DNA of 26,225 nucleotides, from IMG/VR virus record IMGVR_UViG_3300012942_000124, positions 1 through 26,225 of that record; one strand, 5' to 3'. Positions 6,724-15,413 of the stretch are shown piece after piece. The notes beneath the pieces were generated by a model that ran no database searches, had not been told where the DNA came from, and saw only the letters and a list, made by a program, of their open reading frames with translations. Position 1 is the stretch's first letter. Each line of letters opens with the position of its first letter. The DNA comes from a virus (lineage: Duplodnaviria > Caudoviricetes). The position numbers and the translations under genes are program-made.

Positions 6724-6807
6724 ATGTCCCTCGCCACCCTGATTCTCGGCGCGATCATTCTTGCTGCGCTCGTGGCGATATGGGTGAGCGGTAACAGGCT
6801 GGACTAA
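6724..6807 (+). CDS. small single-pass membrane peptide (27 aa, MSLATLILGAIILAALVAIWVSGNRLD)
   Basis: Read directly from the sequence (ATG 6724 to TAA 6807); fills the gap between two ORFs; strongly hydrophobic. Confidence 0.55.
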   Translation: MSLATLILGAIILAALVAIWVSGNRLD

Positions 6808-6812
6808 ATCTC

Positions 6813-7016
6813 ATGGCCACCCCGCGCATCATCACCGTCCACAAGCTGGACGGGAGCACAGTCACGTACCGCCGCCCCACCTATCGCGAGATCGAGGTGA
6901 ACTACATGGCGACGGAAGGGACGCAGTTCGACCGGATCGAGCGCGGCAGCGTGACAGGCGGCGTGCCGCTGGTATGGGCCAAGGTAGAGCATAATGCGCC
7001 GCAAGCCGCTCACTGA
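6813..7016 (+). CDS. hypothetical protein (67 aa)
   Basis: ORF between the membrane peptide and terS; overlaps the terS start. Confidence 0.5.
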   Translation: MATPRIITVHKLDGSTVTYRRPTYREIEVNYMATEGTQFDRIERGSVTGGVPLVWAKVEHNAPQAAH

Positions 7017-7563
7017 GGAGGAGATTGCCGAGGCGCCTGATCGGGCGGAAGGCAAGAAGCCTGAGCCGGAGGCCAAACGCGGGGGCAGGCCGCCCAAGTA
7101 TCAACCGACCTTTGCCGTGCAGGCGGAAAAGCTCTGTTCCCTCGGCGCGACAGATGTGGAGCTTGCCGATTTCTTCGGCGTCACCATCCGGACCATCATT
7201 CGCTGGTCGGTCGAGCACGAAGAGTTTTGTCATGCCGTCAAAAAAGCGAAAGGCGCATTTGACGACGCTGTCGAGCGCCGGCTGTACGAACGGGCAATGG
7301 GCTACACTTTCGACAGCGAGAAGGTGATGGCCGTCAAAGGCGAGGTTGTGCGTGTGCCAATCCGAGAGCACGTAGCGCCTGACGTGACCGCGCAGATTTT
7401 CTGGCTCAAGAACCGGCAGCCTGGGCGGTGGCGGGAAAAGCAGCAGGTCGAGCTTTCCGGCGAAGTGAAGACCGGTTTTGATCCCAAGGCTTTCGAGAAG
7501 CTTACCGAGGATGAACTGCTGCGCCTGCGGGACTTGGCGGCCAAGATGGTCGACGGAGAATAA
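6994..7563 (+). CDS. terS: terminase small subunit
   Basis: GGRPPKY, HTH (GATDVELADFFGVTIRTIIRW), LYERAMGY and PDVTAQIFWLKNR...WREK; upstream of terL. Confidence 0.9.
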   Translation: MRRKPLTEEEIAEAPDRAEGKKPEPEAKRGGRPPKYQPTFAVQAEKLCSLGATDVELADFFGVTIRTIIRWSVEHEEFCHAVKKAKGAFDDAVERRLYERAMGYTFDSEKVMAVKGEVVRVPIREHVAPDVTAQIFWLKNRQPGRWREKQQVELSGEVKTGFDPKAFEKLTEDELLRLRDLAAKMVDGE

Positions 7564-7636
7564 TATTGCTCAAAACAACCGCGGAGTGAGGTTGTTCCGC
7601 CTGGGTCGCAAGCAATAATTTTCTAAAAGGCATCCC

Positions 7637-7837
7637 ATGAAGCTCGAATCCGGCAAGTTCTACCTCCTGCAAGACGGCTCAAAAGCTGGACCTGCCGAAT
7701 TGTGTGGCGGCCAGGTTCGGGAGTGGCGGCTTGGCGATCAGTTTTACACGGAAGATGGCGAGTGCACGACGGGCGCGCCGGGCGTCCGTGATGTGGTCGC
7801 GGAGTGGGTTGACCTCGCCCGGAACCGCCGGGCCTGA
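7637..7837 (+). CDS. hypothetical phage protein (66 aa) between terS and terL
   Basis: AAGG RBS; the LESGKFY..QDG.KAGP...DVVAEW pattern resembles a small domain recalled from alphaproteobacterial phages. Confidence 0.65.
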   Translation: MKLESGKFYLLQDGSKAGPAELCGGQVREWRLGDQFYTEDGECTTGAPGVRDVVAEWVDLARNRRA

Positions 7838-7846
7838 ATTTGCATC

Positions 7847-9466
7847 ATGGCTGTCGAGCCTGTTGCTGAGCTGCTGGCGCGGCCGGCCCTCCTGCTCAAT
7901 GGCATCAGCAAGGAGCTGTCCGAACGCTCGCTGCTGGGTTTTATCCAGGAAGCGTGGCCGGTTCTGGAGCCGGGACGCAAGTTCCTATCGGGGTGGGCGA
8001 TCGAGGCCATATGCGAACATCTCGAAGCGGTGACGGACGGGGACATCACCCGGCTGATCATCAACGTCCCGCCGGGCTCGGCGAAGTCGACCATTGTCAG
8101 CGTCATGTGGAATGCATGGGAATGGGGGCCGCTCGACGGTCCTGAGATTCGCTACATCTCCACGAGTTACCGACAGGACTATGCGATCCGCGATTCCCGC
8201 AAATCGCGCGACCTGATGCTGTCGGGTTGGTATCAGCAGAAGTGGGGCGATCGGTTCGGCTTCACCCGGACTGGCGACGGCAGTTTCGCCAATACCAAGA
8301 TGGGCTGGCGGGAGGCATTGCCTTTCGCCTCCCTGACCTCCGGCCGCGCTGACCGCCTGCTCATCGACGATCCGCACTCGACCGAAAGCGCACTGTCCGA
8401 TACCGACCGCAAGACGGCAGAGCGCATCTTTCTTGAATCGGTTCCTACCCGTGTCAACGATCCAGAGAAATCGGCTATCGTTGTCATCATGCAGAGGCTG
8501 CACGCCGAGGACGTGACTGGTGTCGCGCTGTCGAAAGACCTTGGCTACGAGCATTTGATGATCCCGATGCGGTTCGACCCGAGCCGGCGTTGTGTCACGG
8601 TGCTGGGCCGTAATCAGGACGGCGAGGATATAATCTGGACCGATCCGCGGCAGGAAGACGGGGAGCTTATGTTCCCTGAGCGGTTTCCGCCGGCGATTGT
8701 GGACCGAGACGAAGCGGCGCTCGGAAAATGGGCGACCGCTGCGCAGTTCCAGCAGGCTCCGGTCCCGCGCGGCGGCGGCATCATCAAGCGCGACTGGTGG
8801 CAATTGTGGGACGATCCGCAGGACGGCGCCGATCCTGACTGGCTGCGGATGATGAACCTCCGCTTTCCTTCTTCGCTGTTCAACCGCAAGAAATATCCGC
8901 CGTTCGATTTCATCGTTGCCAGCGTGGATGGTGCGTTCACGAAGGAGCAGGAGAACGATCCCTCGGCCCTGACGGTGTGGGGTGTTTTCAAGGATGCCTA
9001 TGATCTTCCATGCGTGATGCTGATCTGGTCATGGGCGAAATATCTCGAGCTGAATGAACTGGTACAGCAGGTGGCAAAAGATTGTCGCCGGCTCGGCGTT
9101 GAACGCATCCTGATCGAGGCGAAAGCCTCCGGCATTCCTCTGGCCCAGGAAATGGAGCGTCTGTTCGATGACGAGCGCTGGGGCATCGAACTGATCAACC
9201 CCAAGGGCGACAAGGTAGCGCGCGTCTATGAAGTTGAGCCGCTGTTCTCTGGCGGCGTCGTCTTTGCTCCGGACCGCCAATGGGCGGAAGACACCAAGGA
9301 CGAATTCGAGGTTTTCCCCCGCGGCTCACATGATGATCGCGTGGATGCCTCGACCATGGCTCTGCGCTGGCTCCGAAACGCTGGAATGCTCCAGCACGGT
9401 CAGGAGACCGCCGAGAGTGTCGGCGAGTATCAACCCAGCCGCGTGACGCCGCTCTATCCAGTCTAG
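7847..9466 (+). CDS. terL: terminase large subunit
   Basis: RLIINVPPGSAKS Walker A, LLIDDPH Walker B, VIMQRLH, AAQFQQAP, and nuclease motifs SVDGAF and HDDRVDA. Confidence 0.96.
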   Translation: MAVEPVAELLARPALLLNGISKELSERSLLGFIQEAWPVLEPGRKFLSGWAIEAICEHLEAVTDGDITRLIINVPPGSAKSTIVSVMWNAWEWGPLDGPEIRYISTSYRQDYAIRDSRKSRDLMLSGWYQQKWGDRFGFTRTGDGSFANTKMGWREALPFASLTSGRADRLLIDDPHSTESALSDTDRKTAERIFLESVPTRVNDPEKSAIVVIMQRLHAEDVTGVALSKDLGYEHLMIPMRFDPSRRCVTVLGRNQDGEDIIWTDPRQEDGELMFPERFPPAIVDRDEAALGKWATAAQFQQAPVPRGGGIIKRDWWQLWDDPQDGADPDWLRMMNLRFPSSLFNRKKYPPFDFIVASVDGAFTKEQENDPSALTVWGVFKDAYDLPCVMLIWSWAKYLELNELVQQVAKDCRRLGVERILIEAKASGIPLAQEMERLFDDERWGIELINPKGDKVARVYEVEPLFSGGVVFAPDRQWAEDTKDEFEVFPRGSHDDRVDASTMALRWLRNAGMLQHGQETAESVGEYQPSRVTPLYPV

Positions 9467-9474
9467 GCAGGTCA

Positions 9475-11691
9475 ATGGCCCTCAGTCGCGACAAGAAGTC
9501 AGATCGGCGCCCGAAAGGCGACGAAACGACCCGCTTTGGCGGCGGCGGTCTTCTGCCGCCCATGACGATGCGGATGGACGCATTCGTCGCGCCCGAGCCG
9601 TCCGATCGAGGCTTGGGTTTCGACCCTGATGTTGAGGTGGAAATCGCCGGCGAGCCGGACGGCGTGGAGATCGACCCGCAAACCGGCGCGATGGTCACGA
9701 CACTGGACGATGGGTCGGTTGAGGTCGATTTCAATCCTCCGATGCGCGGGGCGAATGCCGATGGCGCAAAAGCCCATGACGCGAATCTGGCGGAATATCT
9801 GCCTGAGAGCGTGTTGAGTGTCATCTGCGAGGAAACGCTGGAAGGCGTCGAGCAGGACGAGCAGTCGCGCGCGACGTGGCTTAACAACCGCGCTTATGGA
9901 ATCAAGCTGCTGGGCTTCGATATCCAGAATCCCCAGGCGCAGAATGCGGGCTCCAATTCGACCACGGCCGTCGTGGGGCAGTCGACCGTTCAGCATCCGC
10001 TGCTTGCCGAAAGCGTTATTGGCTTTAACGCCAATGCCACGGGAGAACTGCTGCCGACAGGAGGGCCGGTCAAGGTCGAGAACAAGACGGACGAAAACGG
10101 CCGGACAGACGCGCAGGCCGAGGCGCTTGAGGAAGACCTGAATTATTACCTCACCGTCGCATCGCCCGAGTATTATCCGGATACCGACCGGCTACTGTTC
10201 TATGTCGGGTTCGGAGGCTGCGGCATCAAGAAGATTTACCGTTGCCCGATCCGGCAGCGTCCGGTCAGCGAGTCGGTGCTGATCGAGGACTTCATCGTCT
10301 CGAATGCTGCTGTGGATTTGTCGAACGCGCCGCGTGTGACGCAGGTCATCCACATGCCGCAGAGCACGATGAAGCGGATGCAGATCGCCGGCGCCTATCG
10401 GGATATTCCGCTCCCCACGCCGATCGGGCAGCAGCCGAATGTTGTCGAGCAGCAGAAAGCTGCGACTCAGGGCATCGATATCACCGGCCAACAGCTTTAC
10501 GAGCGCGACCGCGAATTCACGATCTATGAGGTCTATACCGAGCTCGACATCCCGGGCTTCGAGGACAAGGATTCCAGTGGCGGTCCGACCGGCCTGCGCA
10601 TTCCCTACCGCATCGCCATCGACAAGGACGCGCGCAAGATTCTGGAAATCCGGCGCAATTGGGCCGAGGACGACGAGCGCAAACTGCCGGACCTGCCATT
10701 CGTCAAATACCCCTTCATTCCGGGCCTTGGATTTTACGATATCGGCCTCGTCAACGTCGTCGGCAATACGACGAATGCGCTGACGGCCGCGTGGCGTGAG
10801 ATGCTCGATGCCGGCATGTTCGCCAATTTCCCGGGGTTCCTGTTCGCCAAGCTCGGCGGCCGCCAGAATACGAATGAACTGCGCGTTGCGCCGGGTTCCG
10901 GCGTTGGTATCGATACGCATGGACAGCCGATCTCCAATGCCGTCATGCCGCTGCCTTACAAGACCCCCGATCCTGCATTTATGGGCCTTGTGGACAAAAT
11001 GGCCGAAACTGGAGCTCGTGTGGGCGGCACGGCGAGCGCGCCGGTCGGAGAAGGGAGGGCAGACGCGCCGGTCGGCACGGTCATTGCCGTCATCGAGCAG
11101 GCGACCAAGATGGTGGCCGCCGTGCATCGTCGGCTGCATCGGGCGCAGGCGCAGGAGTTCCAGAAGCTCAAGCAGGTTTTCCGGCGCCATCCCGAGGATT
11201 TTATCAAGGCCGTCAAGCGGAAGGGATCGCAGGTCTGGGGCGCGGATGCGTTCCTCGCGGCGCTTGAGAATGCGGCGGTTGTGCCGCAGGCCGACCCGGA
11301 CACCCCGAGCCATCTGCACCGCGTCATCAAGGCGATGGGGCTGATGCAACTGGATAAGCAGTATCCGGGTCAGATGGATTCGCGGAAGGTGCTGGAGAAC
11401 GCCATTTCCACGCTCGGCTATGGAAATCCGCAAGCCTACATGCTGCCGCCGCAACCCCAGGCCGCACCTCCGCCTGATCCAAAAGTTATCGCTCAACAGC
11501 TCAAGAACCAAGGCGAGGCGCAGAAGATCGCGGCCGAACAGGCGCACGATGCGCTGTCCCTGCGGATGCAGCAGAACGAAAGCGCCGATCAAGCGGCGGA
11601 GCGCCAGAGCCGTGAGCAGTTGGCGATGATGAAGCTGCGGGAAGCCTTGATCGATCACACGCCGGCATTCGGCGCGCCGCCAACCCAGTGA
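9475..11691 (+). CDS. portal protein (P22-like podovirus type)
   Basis: 738 aa directly after terL; HPLLAES...ELLP.GGPVK, FVKY.FIPGLGFY..GL, DAG.FAN.PG, and a Q/P-rich coiled-coil C-terminus. Confidence 0.88.
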   Translation: MALSRDKKSDRRPKGDETTRFGGGGLLPPMTMRMDAFVAPEPSDRGLGFDPDVEVEIAGEPDGVEIDPQTGAMVTTLDDGSVEVDFNPPMRGANADGAKAHDANLAEYLPESVLSVICEETLEGVEQDEQSRATWLNNRAYGIKLLGFDIQNPQAQNAGSNSTTAVVGQSTVQHPLLAESVIGFNANATGELLPTGGPVKVENKTDENGRTDAQAEALEEDLNYYLTVASPEYYPDTDRLLFYVGFGGCGIKKIYRCPIRQRPVSESVLIEDFIVSNAAVDLSNAPRVTQVIHMPQSTMKRMQIAGAYRDIPLPTPIGQQPNVVEQQKAATQGIDITGQQLYERDREFTIYEVYTELDIPGFEDKDSSGGPTGLRIPYRIAIDKDARKILEIRRNWAEDDERKLPDLPFVKYPFIPGLGFYDIGLVNVVGNTTNALTAAWREMLDAGMFANFPGFLFAKLGGRQNTNELRVAPGSGVGIDTHGQPISNAVMPLPYKTPDPAFMGLVDKMAETGARVGGTASAPVGEGRADAPVGTVIAVIEQATKMVAAVHRRLHRAQAQEFQKLKQVFRRHPEDFIKAVKRKGSQVWGADAFLAALENAAVVPQADPDTPSHLHRVIKAMGLMQLDKQYPGQMDSRKVLENAISTLGYGNPQAYMLPPQPQAAPPPDPKVIAQQLKNQGEAQKIAAEQAHDALSLRMQQNESADQAAERQSREQLAMMKLREALIDHTPAFGAPPTQ

Positions 11692-11699
11692 GGTAAGAA

Positions 11700-12287
11700 A
11701 TGGCCAATCCCTACAAACAGGAAGCGCGCGAGGCCAATGACGCCAAGCTGCGCCGGATGGGCGTGCAGGTGCGCACCGCCGACGAATATGATGATCGTGG
11801 CGAAGGCCATGCCGGTCCCGCGCGAGACGGCTCACAAGGCGAAGCACACACGCGCTACGCTACCGGCTTTTCCGATGACGGCGGCAAGCGTTCCAAGTCG
11901 CATGTATGGAAGAACGATGCGCGTTCTGACGATGGCTCCCGTGCTCGCCCGCGAGCTGATCGCAAGGCATTTGCCAATGGCGGTCGGGTCGGCAAGAAGG
12001 CTGGCACGACGGTCAATGTGATTGTCGCCGGTGGCCCGAAGCCGGCGATGCCGCCAATCCCTGTTCCTGCTGCCAATGCCGCGCCGTCTCCCATTGCTGC
12101 TCCGGGACCCATACCGGGGGCTGGCCCGGCTGGCGCACCTCCGCAGTCCGGCATGGCGGTTCCTCGTAAGCGTGGCGGTCGCGTCGGGTCGCCCAAGATG
12201 CGCGCAGGCGCTGGCAGCGGCGAAGGCCGTAGAGAGAAGGTCGACGTCTACGGCAAGAAGGCATTCAACACGACGGTGACGAAGTGA
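11700..12287 (+). CDS. basic, low-complexity virion-region protein with GGRV motifs
   Basis: GAGG RBS; FANGGRV and RKRGGRV motifs, a Pro/Ala-rich linker and GAGSGEGR.EK. Confidence 0.75.
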   Translation: MANPYKQEAREANDAKLRRMGVQVRTADEYDDRGEGHAGPARDGSQGEAHTRYATGFSDDGGKRSKSHVWKNDARSDDGSRARPRADRKAFANGGRVGKKAGTTVNVIVAGGPKPAMPPIPVPAANAAPSPIAAPGPIPGAGPAGAPPQSGMAVPRKRGGRVGSPKMRAGAGSGEGRREKVDVYGKKAFNTTVTK

Positions 12288-12496
12288 TCGGCTCTTTCGG
12301 CCACAACAGCCTCCTCGATGAACTCGAAAAGAAAATCGACGAGGAAATTGCCTATCACGCCGATTTCGTCGTTAGCGGCAATCATCACACCCTCGACTCC
12401 TACAAGTGGGAAACCGGCTTGATCGCCGGGCTCCGCAAGGCGCAGGAACTCATGGACAAGCTGCGCAACCCCGATGAACCGGCATCGCAGGGCTAA
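12284..12496 (+). CDS. hypothetical protein (70 aa)
   Basis: GTGA overlap; helical protein with a Y....G.I.GL..A pattern typical of the small gene after the portal. Confidence 0.7.
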   Translation: MIGSFGHNSLLDELEKKIDEEIAYHADFVVSGNHHTLDSYKWETGLIAGLRKAQELMDKLRNPDEPASQG

Positions 12497-12758
12497 GCGC
12501 CGGGTCAAGCCGCGCGCCCCAATCGATTTCGACGCGCTCCACAGAATTTCAGCATCGCAGATGGCCGTATTCGACGCCTTCGGTCCGCAGGTGCGCAGCG
12601 TACTCGCCAATGCGCCGGAACAACTGGACGCGCAGGCGCTCACGCATCAATTGCGGATGACCCCGATACAAATCAGGCTGGCGGACGTGAAGGTCGCCGG
12701 ACTGCTCAGAGAACTTTTGACCAACAGCTATGGAGACTGGATTGGCAGCGGTCACTAA
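12474..12758 (+). CDS. hypothetical protein (start uncertain)
   Basis: ORF fills the gap before the GroES-like gene. Confidence 0.5.
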   Translation: MNRHRRAKRRVKPRAPIDFDALHRISASQMAVFDAFGPQVRSVLANAPEQLDAQALTHQLRMTPIQIRLADVKVAGLLRELLTNSYGDWIGSGH

Positions 12759-13149
12759 GGAACAATATTCCTACGATGCCATCATCAACGGCGCGGATGG
12801 GAAGGCCGGCATTGGCGACCTGAGCAGCATCGAGCTGGCGCAGAACTGGGTTCTCGTCGGCATCCATGTCGAGCCCGAAAAGACCAAGGGCGGCATTATC
12901 CGCCCCGATGCCAACCGCATGGAAGACGTCTACCAGGGCAAGCTCGGCTATGTCTTGAAAATGGGCGACGGCGCTTTCGTGGACGATGACCGCGTGAGCT
13001 TCACCGTTCATCCTGACGAAGGGGATGCGATCCTCTACCGAGCCAGCGACGGCTTCCCGCTCGACGTCAATGACATCCATTGCAGGCTGATCGAGGACGT
13101 TCACGTCAAGGCAATCGTCGGTGATCCCAAATCCGTGAAATTCTGGTGA
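12742..13149 (+). CDS. GroES/Cpn10-like co-chaperonin
   Basis: Mobile-loop motif EKTKGGIIRP, G.VLKMGDGA and GD.ILY. Start placed at TTG 12742 (GGAG at 12732-12735); ATG 12730 is an alternative. Confidence 0.82.
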   Translation: MAAVTKEQYSYDAIINGADGKAGIGDLSSIELAQNWVLVGIHVEPEKTKGGIIRPDANRMEDVYQGKLGYVLKMGDGAFVDDDRVSFTVHPDEGDAILYRASDGFPLDVNDIHCRLIEDVHVKAIVGDPKSVKFW

Positions 13150-14042
13150 GCGATATGGCAAAGACCAAAGACGAAGACCCCGAAGTGACCGAGCCGGAAA
13201 TCATCATTGATGATGGTGCTGCTGCCGGTTCCGACGCAAACAATGCGCCCAAAACCCCTGATCCGTCCGAACCTGGCGTTGACGAGATCAAGGCTCAGTT
13301 GGCCAAACTGAAAGCCGAACATGAGCGGGCACAGGCCGAACTCACCGCCGAGCGCCAGAAATCGCAGAAGACGGCGACCGAGCTTTCGGATTCCCGGCTG
13401 ACAACGATCACGAGCGCCATCGACGCGACAGAGGTGCAGATCAAAGACGCGAATGCCCGGCGTCGAGCGGCACTCGAAGCTGGCGACTGGGATGCGGAGT
13501 CGACGGCCAACGACGAGCTGACCGAACTCAAGATCAAGCGGTCGGACCTCAATCGCGGCAAGCAGGCGCTCGAACGTGAAATCGAGGCCGGCAAGTCGGA
13601 GGCGAGCATCGATCCGGCGGAAAAGATGATCCGCTCGCTTTCGCCGACCTCGCAGGCTTGGGCGCGCCAGCACGTGGACGTATTCCGGGACGCCAGCCGT
13701 ATGCGCAATCTGGAAATGGCGCATTACGCTGCCCTCGGCAAAGGCATCACGCCGGATTCCGCCGAGTATTTCCAGCACATCGATGAGCAGATGGGATTTG
13801 CTCAGCCAATCGTTATCGAGGAACCCGTTGTGACTACGCCGCCCCGTCCTGCGCGCGCTGCTGCGCCGGCCGCGCCGCCCTCCCGCTCCGGTGCCACCAC
13901 ACCGACCGGACGCCCCGGCGTCGTGCGTCTGACCGCCGATGAACTCGAAGCCGCGCGCATCTCCGATATGACGCCGGCTGAATACGCTGCCGAGAAAGAG
14001 CGCCTACGCACCGCCGGCGAACTCGGCAAATTCCTACATTGA
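13146..14042 (+). CDS. capsid scaffolding protein
   Basis: Acidic N-terminus, long coiled coil, W...H motif, and a C-terminal VRLTADELEAAR...MTPAEYA capsid-binding-like helix pair; lies between portal and capsid. Confidence 0.75.
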   Translation: MSDMAKTKDEDPEVTEPEIIIDDGAAAGSDANNAPKTPDPSEPGVDEIKAQLAKLKAEHERAQAELTAERQKSQKTATELSDSRLTTITSAIDATEVQIKDANARRRAALEAGDWDAESTANDELTELKIKRSDLNRGKQALEREIEAGKSEASIDPAEKMIRSLSPTSQAWARQHVDVFRDASRMRNLEMAHYAALGKGITPDSAEYFQHIDEQMGFAQPIVIEEPVVTTPPRPARAAAPAAPPSRSGATTPTGRPGVVRLTADELEAARISDMTPAEYAAEKERLRTAGELGKFLH

Positions 14043-14053
14043 GGAGCCCGTCA

Positions 14054-14662
14054 ATGGCTGATGAAGCTGAAGTTCCGACCAACGACGATATGCCGGCGTT
14101 CGCCGCGCCGCCCGAAGTGAAGCGCCGTGGTCGTCCTCCCAGCCAACGTGGCAAGCAGGAAGCGCCGGTCTCACGCTCGCACATCCTGCGGTCCGCGACC
14201 GGCCGAGAAGATGCTCCGCGCGCCGAAGCGCCGAGGCGCCAGCGTCTCATCCGTGGTGGCATCACGCCGGACAAGTACTACATCGATCCGCGCACGATCC
14301 CGAACGGCATCAGCTATGAGTGGAAGCGCCACACTGTCTCCAATGCCGAAGACCCGAGCTATAATGCCTTCCTACGCGGGCAGGGATGGGAACCGGTCCC
14401 GTCTTCGCGCCATCCCGAACTGGCAATCCCCGGCGAAACGGACGGCCCAATCCTTCGCGGCGGCCTGATGCTGTGCGAGCGCCCGGCCTATATGACCGAG
14501 GAAGCCGACGCCGAGCAGAAGGCGGAGGCCGCCAATACGGTGCTGGCCAAATTCCAGCAGCTTGGCGAAGCCCCTCCGAATACCATGCCGCGCCAGAACG
14601 GCCAGAAAGGCACCCTCGTGGATGTCAAGGTCGGCTATGGCGGGATGGATATCCCCGGCTAA
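14054..14662 (+). CDS. conserved head-region protein
   Basis: GAGGAG RBS at 14041-14046 and ATG 14054; motifs YEWKR, GWEPV...HPE and GGLMLCERP. Confidence 0.75.
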   Translation: MADEAEVPTNDDMPAFAAPPEVKRRGRPPSQRGKQEAPVSRSHILRSATGREDAPRAEAPRRQRLIRGGITPDKYYIDPRTIPNGISYEWKRHTVSNAEDPSYNAFLRGQGWEPVPSSRHPELAIPGETDGPILRGGLMLCERPAYMTEEADAEQKAEAANTVLAKFQQLGEAPPNTMPRQNGQKGTLVDVKVGYGGMDIPG

Positions 14663-14685
14663 GGTAATTCAGTCTCGGTGACTGC

Positions 14686-14714
14686 TTTACAAACGCGAGG
14701 ATTTGAAGTAAATG
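14686..14714 (+). promoter_or_regulatory. predicted promoter for the decoration and capsid genes
   Basis: TTTACA (14686-14691), a 17-bp spacer and TAAATG (14709-14714) in an AT-richer intergenic gap. Confidence 0.6.
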
Positions 14715-14806
14715 CGATTCGTCCGACTTCTCGGTGAAGTCGTCCTTCATCACATGACCCGCAGGGCCTCGGGGCTTCTCAACGGTTGCGACCTTGGGAG
14801 CCTTTC

Positions 14807-15400
14807 GTGGCTAACACCTTCGCCCCCTTTGGGTTCGCGCAGTATTTTGGCGACGGCGCAACCCCTACTTATGAACTGGTTCCGCGCCAGGTGGCGCTCG
14901 ATGCCGGTGCCATTTACAGCGGCGATCCCGTAACTTCTCAGGCTAGCGGCACTATCGCCCGCGCTAGCGCAGGCACGACGCAGATCGCCGGCATTTTCTA
15001 CGGCTGCAGCTATGTCAGCGCGACCCTGAACCGCAAGGTCTGGTCGCCCTACTGGCCCGGCTCCGGCGCGGCGCTCGCGAACACCGTGGTTACGGCGTTT
15101 ATCGCGAATGACCCGAATGCCCGCTTCCTCGTCCAGTCCGGTACGGCCGCCGCCGTCGATCTCACTGGTGTCGGCGCGAATATCAACTTCGCACTCGGGA
15201 CCGGCAACGCCCTCAGCGGACAGTCCGGCGCTTATGCCGATCAGTCGACCATCGATCCCGCTACCACCACGCTACCGTTCCGAATTTGGGACTTGGTGAC
15301 GTTCCCGCCCGGCTCGAACGGCACCGATACGTCCTCAGCTGGCAACTTCATCGTGGTTGGGTTCAACAACGTCGACACTCGCGTGTTGACGGGCCAGTAA
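14807..15400 (+). CDS. capsid decoration/cement-like protein
   Basis: GGGAG RBS at 14796-14800 and GTG start; MAN..APFGF, IYSGDPV, GIFYGCSY and DPNARF.VQ; directly before the major capsid gene. Confidence 0.72.
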   Translation: MANTFAPFGFAQYFGDGATPTYELVPRQVALDAGAIYSGDPVTSQASGTIARASAGTTQIAGIFYGCSYVSATLNRKVWSPYWPGSGAALANTVVTAFIANDPNARFLVQSGTAAAVDLTGVGANINFALGTGNALSGQSGAYADQSTIDPATTTLPFRIWDLVTFPPGSNGTDTSSAGNFIVVGFNNVDTRVLTGQ

Positions 15401-15413
15401 GAGGTAGCGGAAA

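Noticed and set aside
10192-11847. 551-aa minus-strand ORF (and similar ones at 336-1250, 1411-2505, 3269-4282, 15840-17390, 18686-19633 and 20701-21597)
   Set aside because: They lie antisense to well-supported + strand genes, have no recognisable motifs, and are expected shadow ORFs in GC-rich DNA with biased codon usage.
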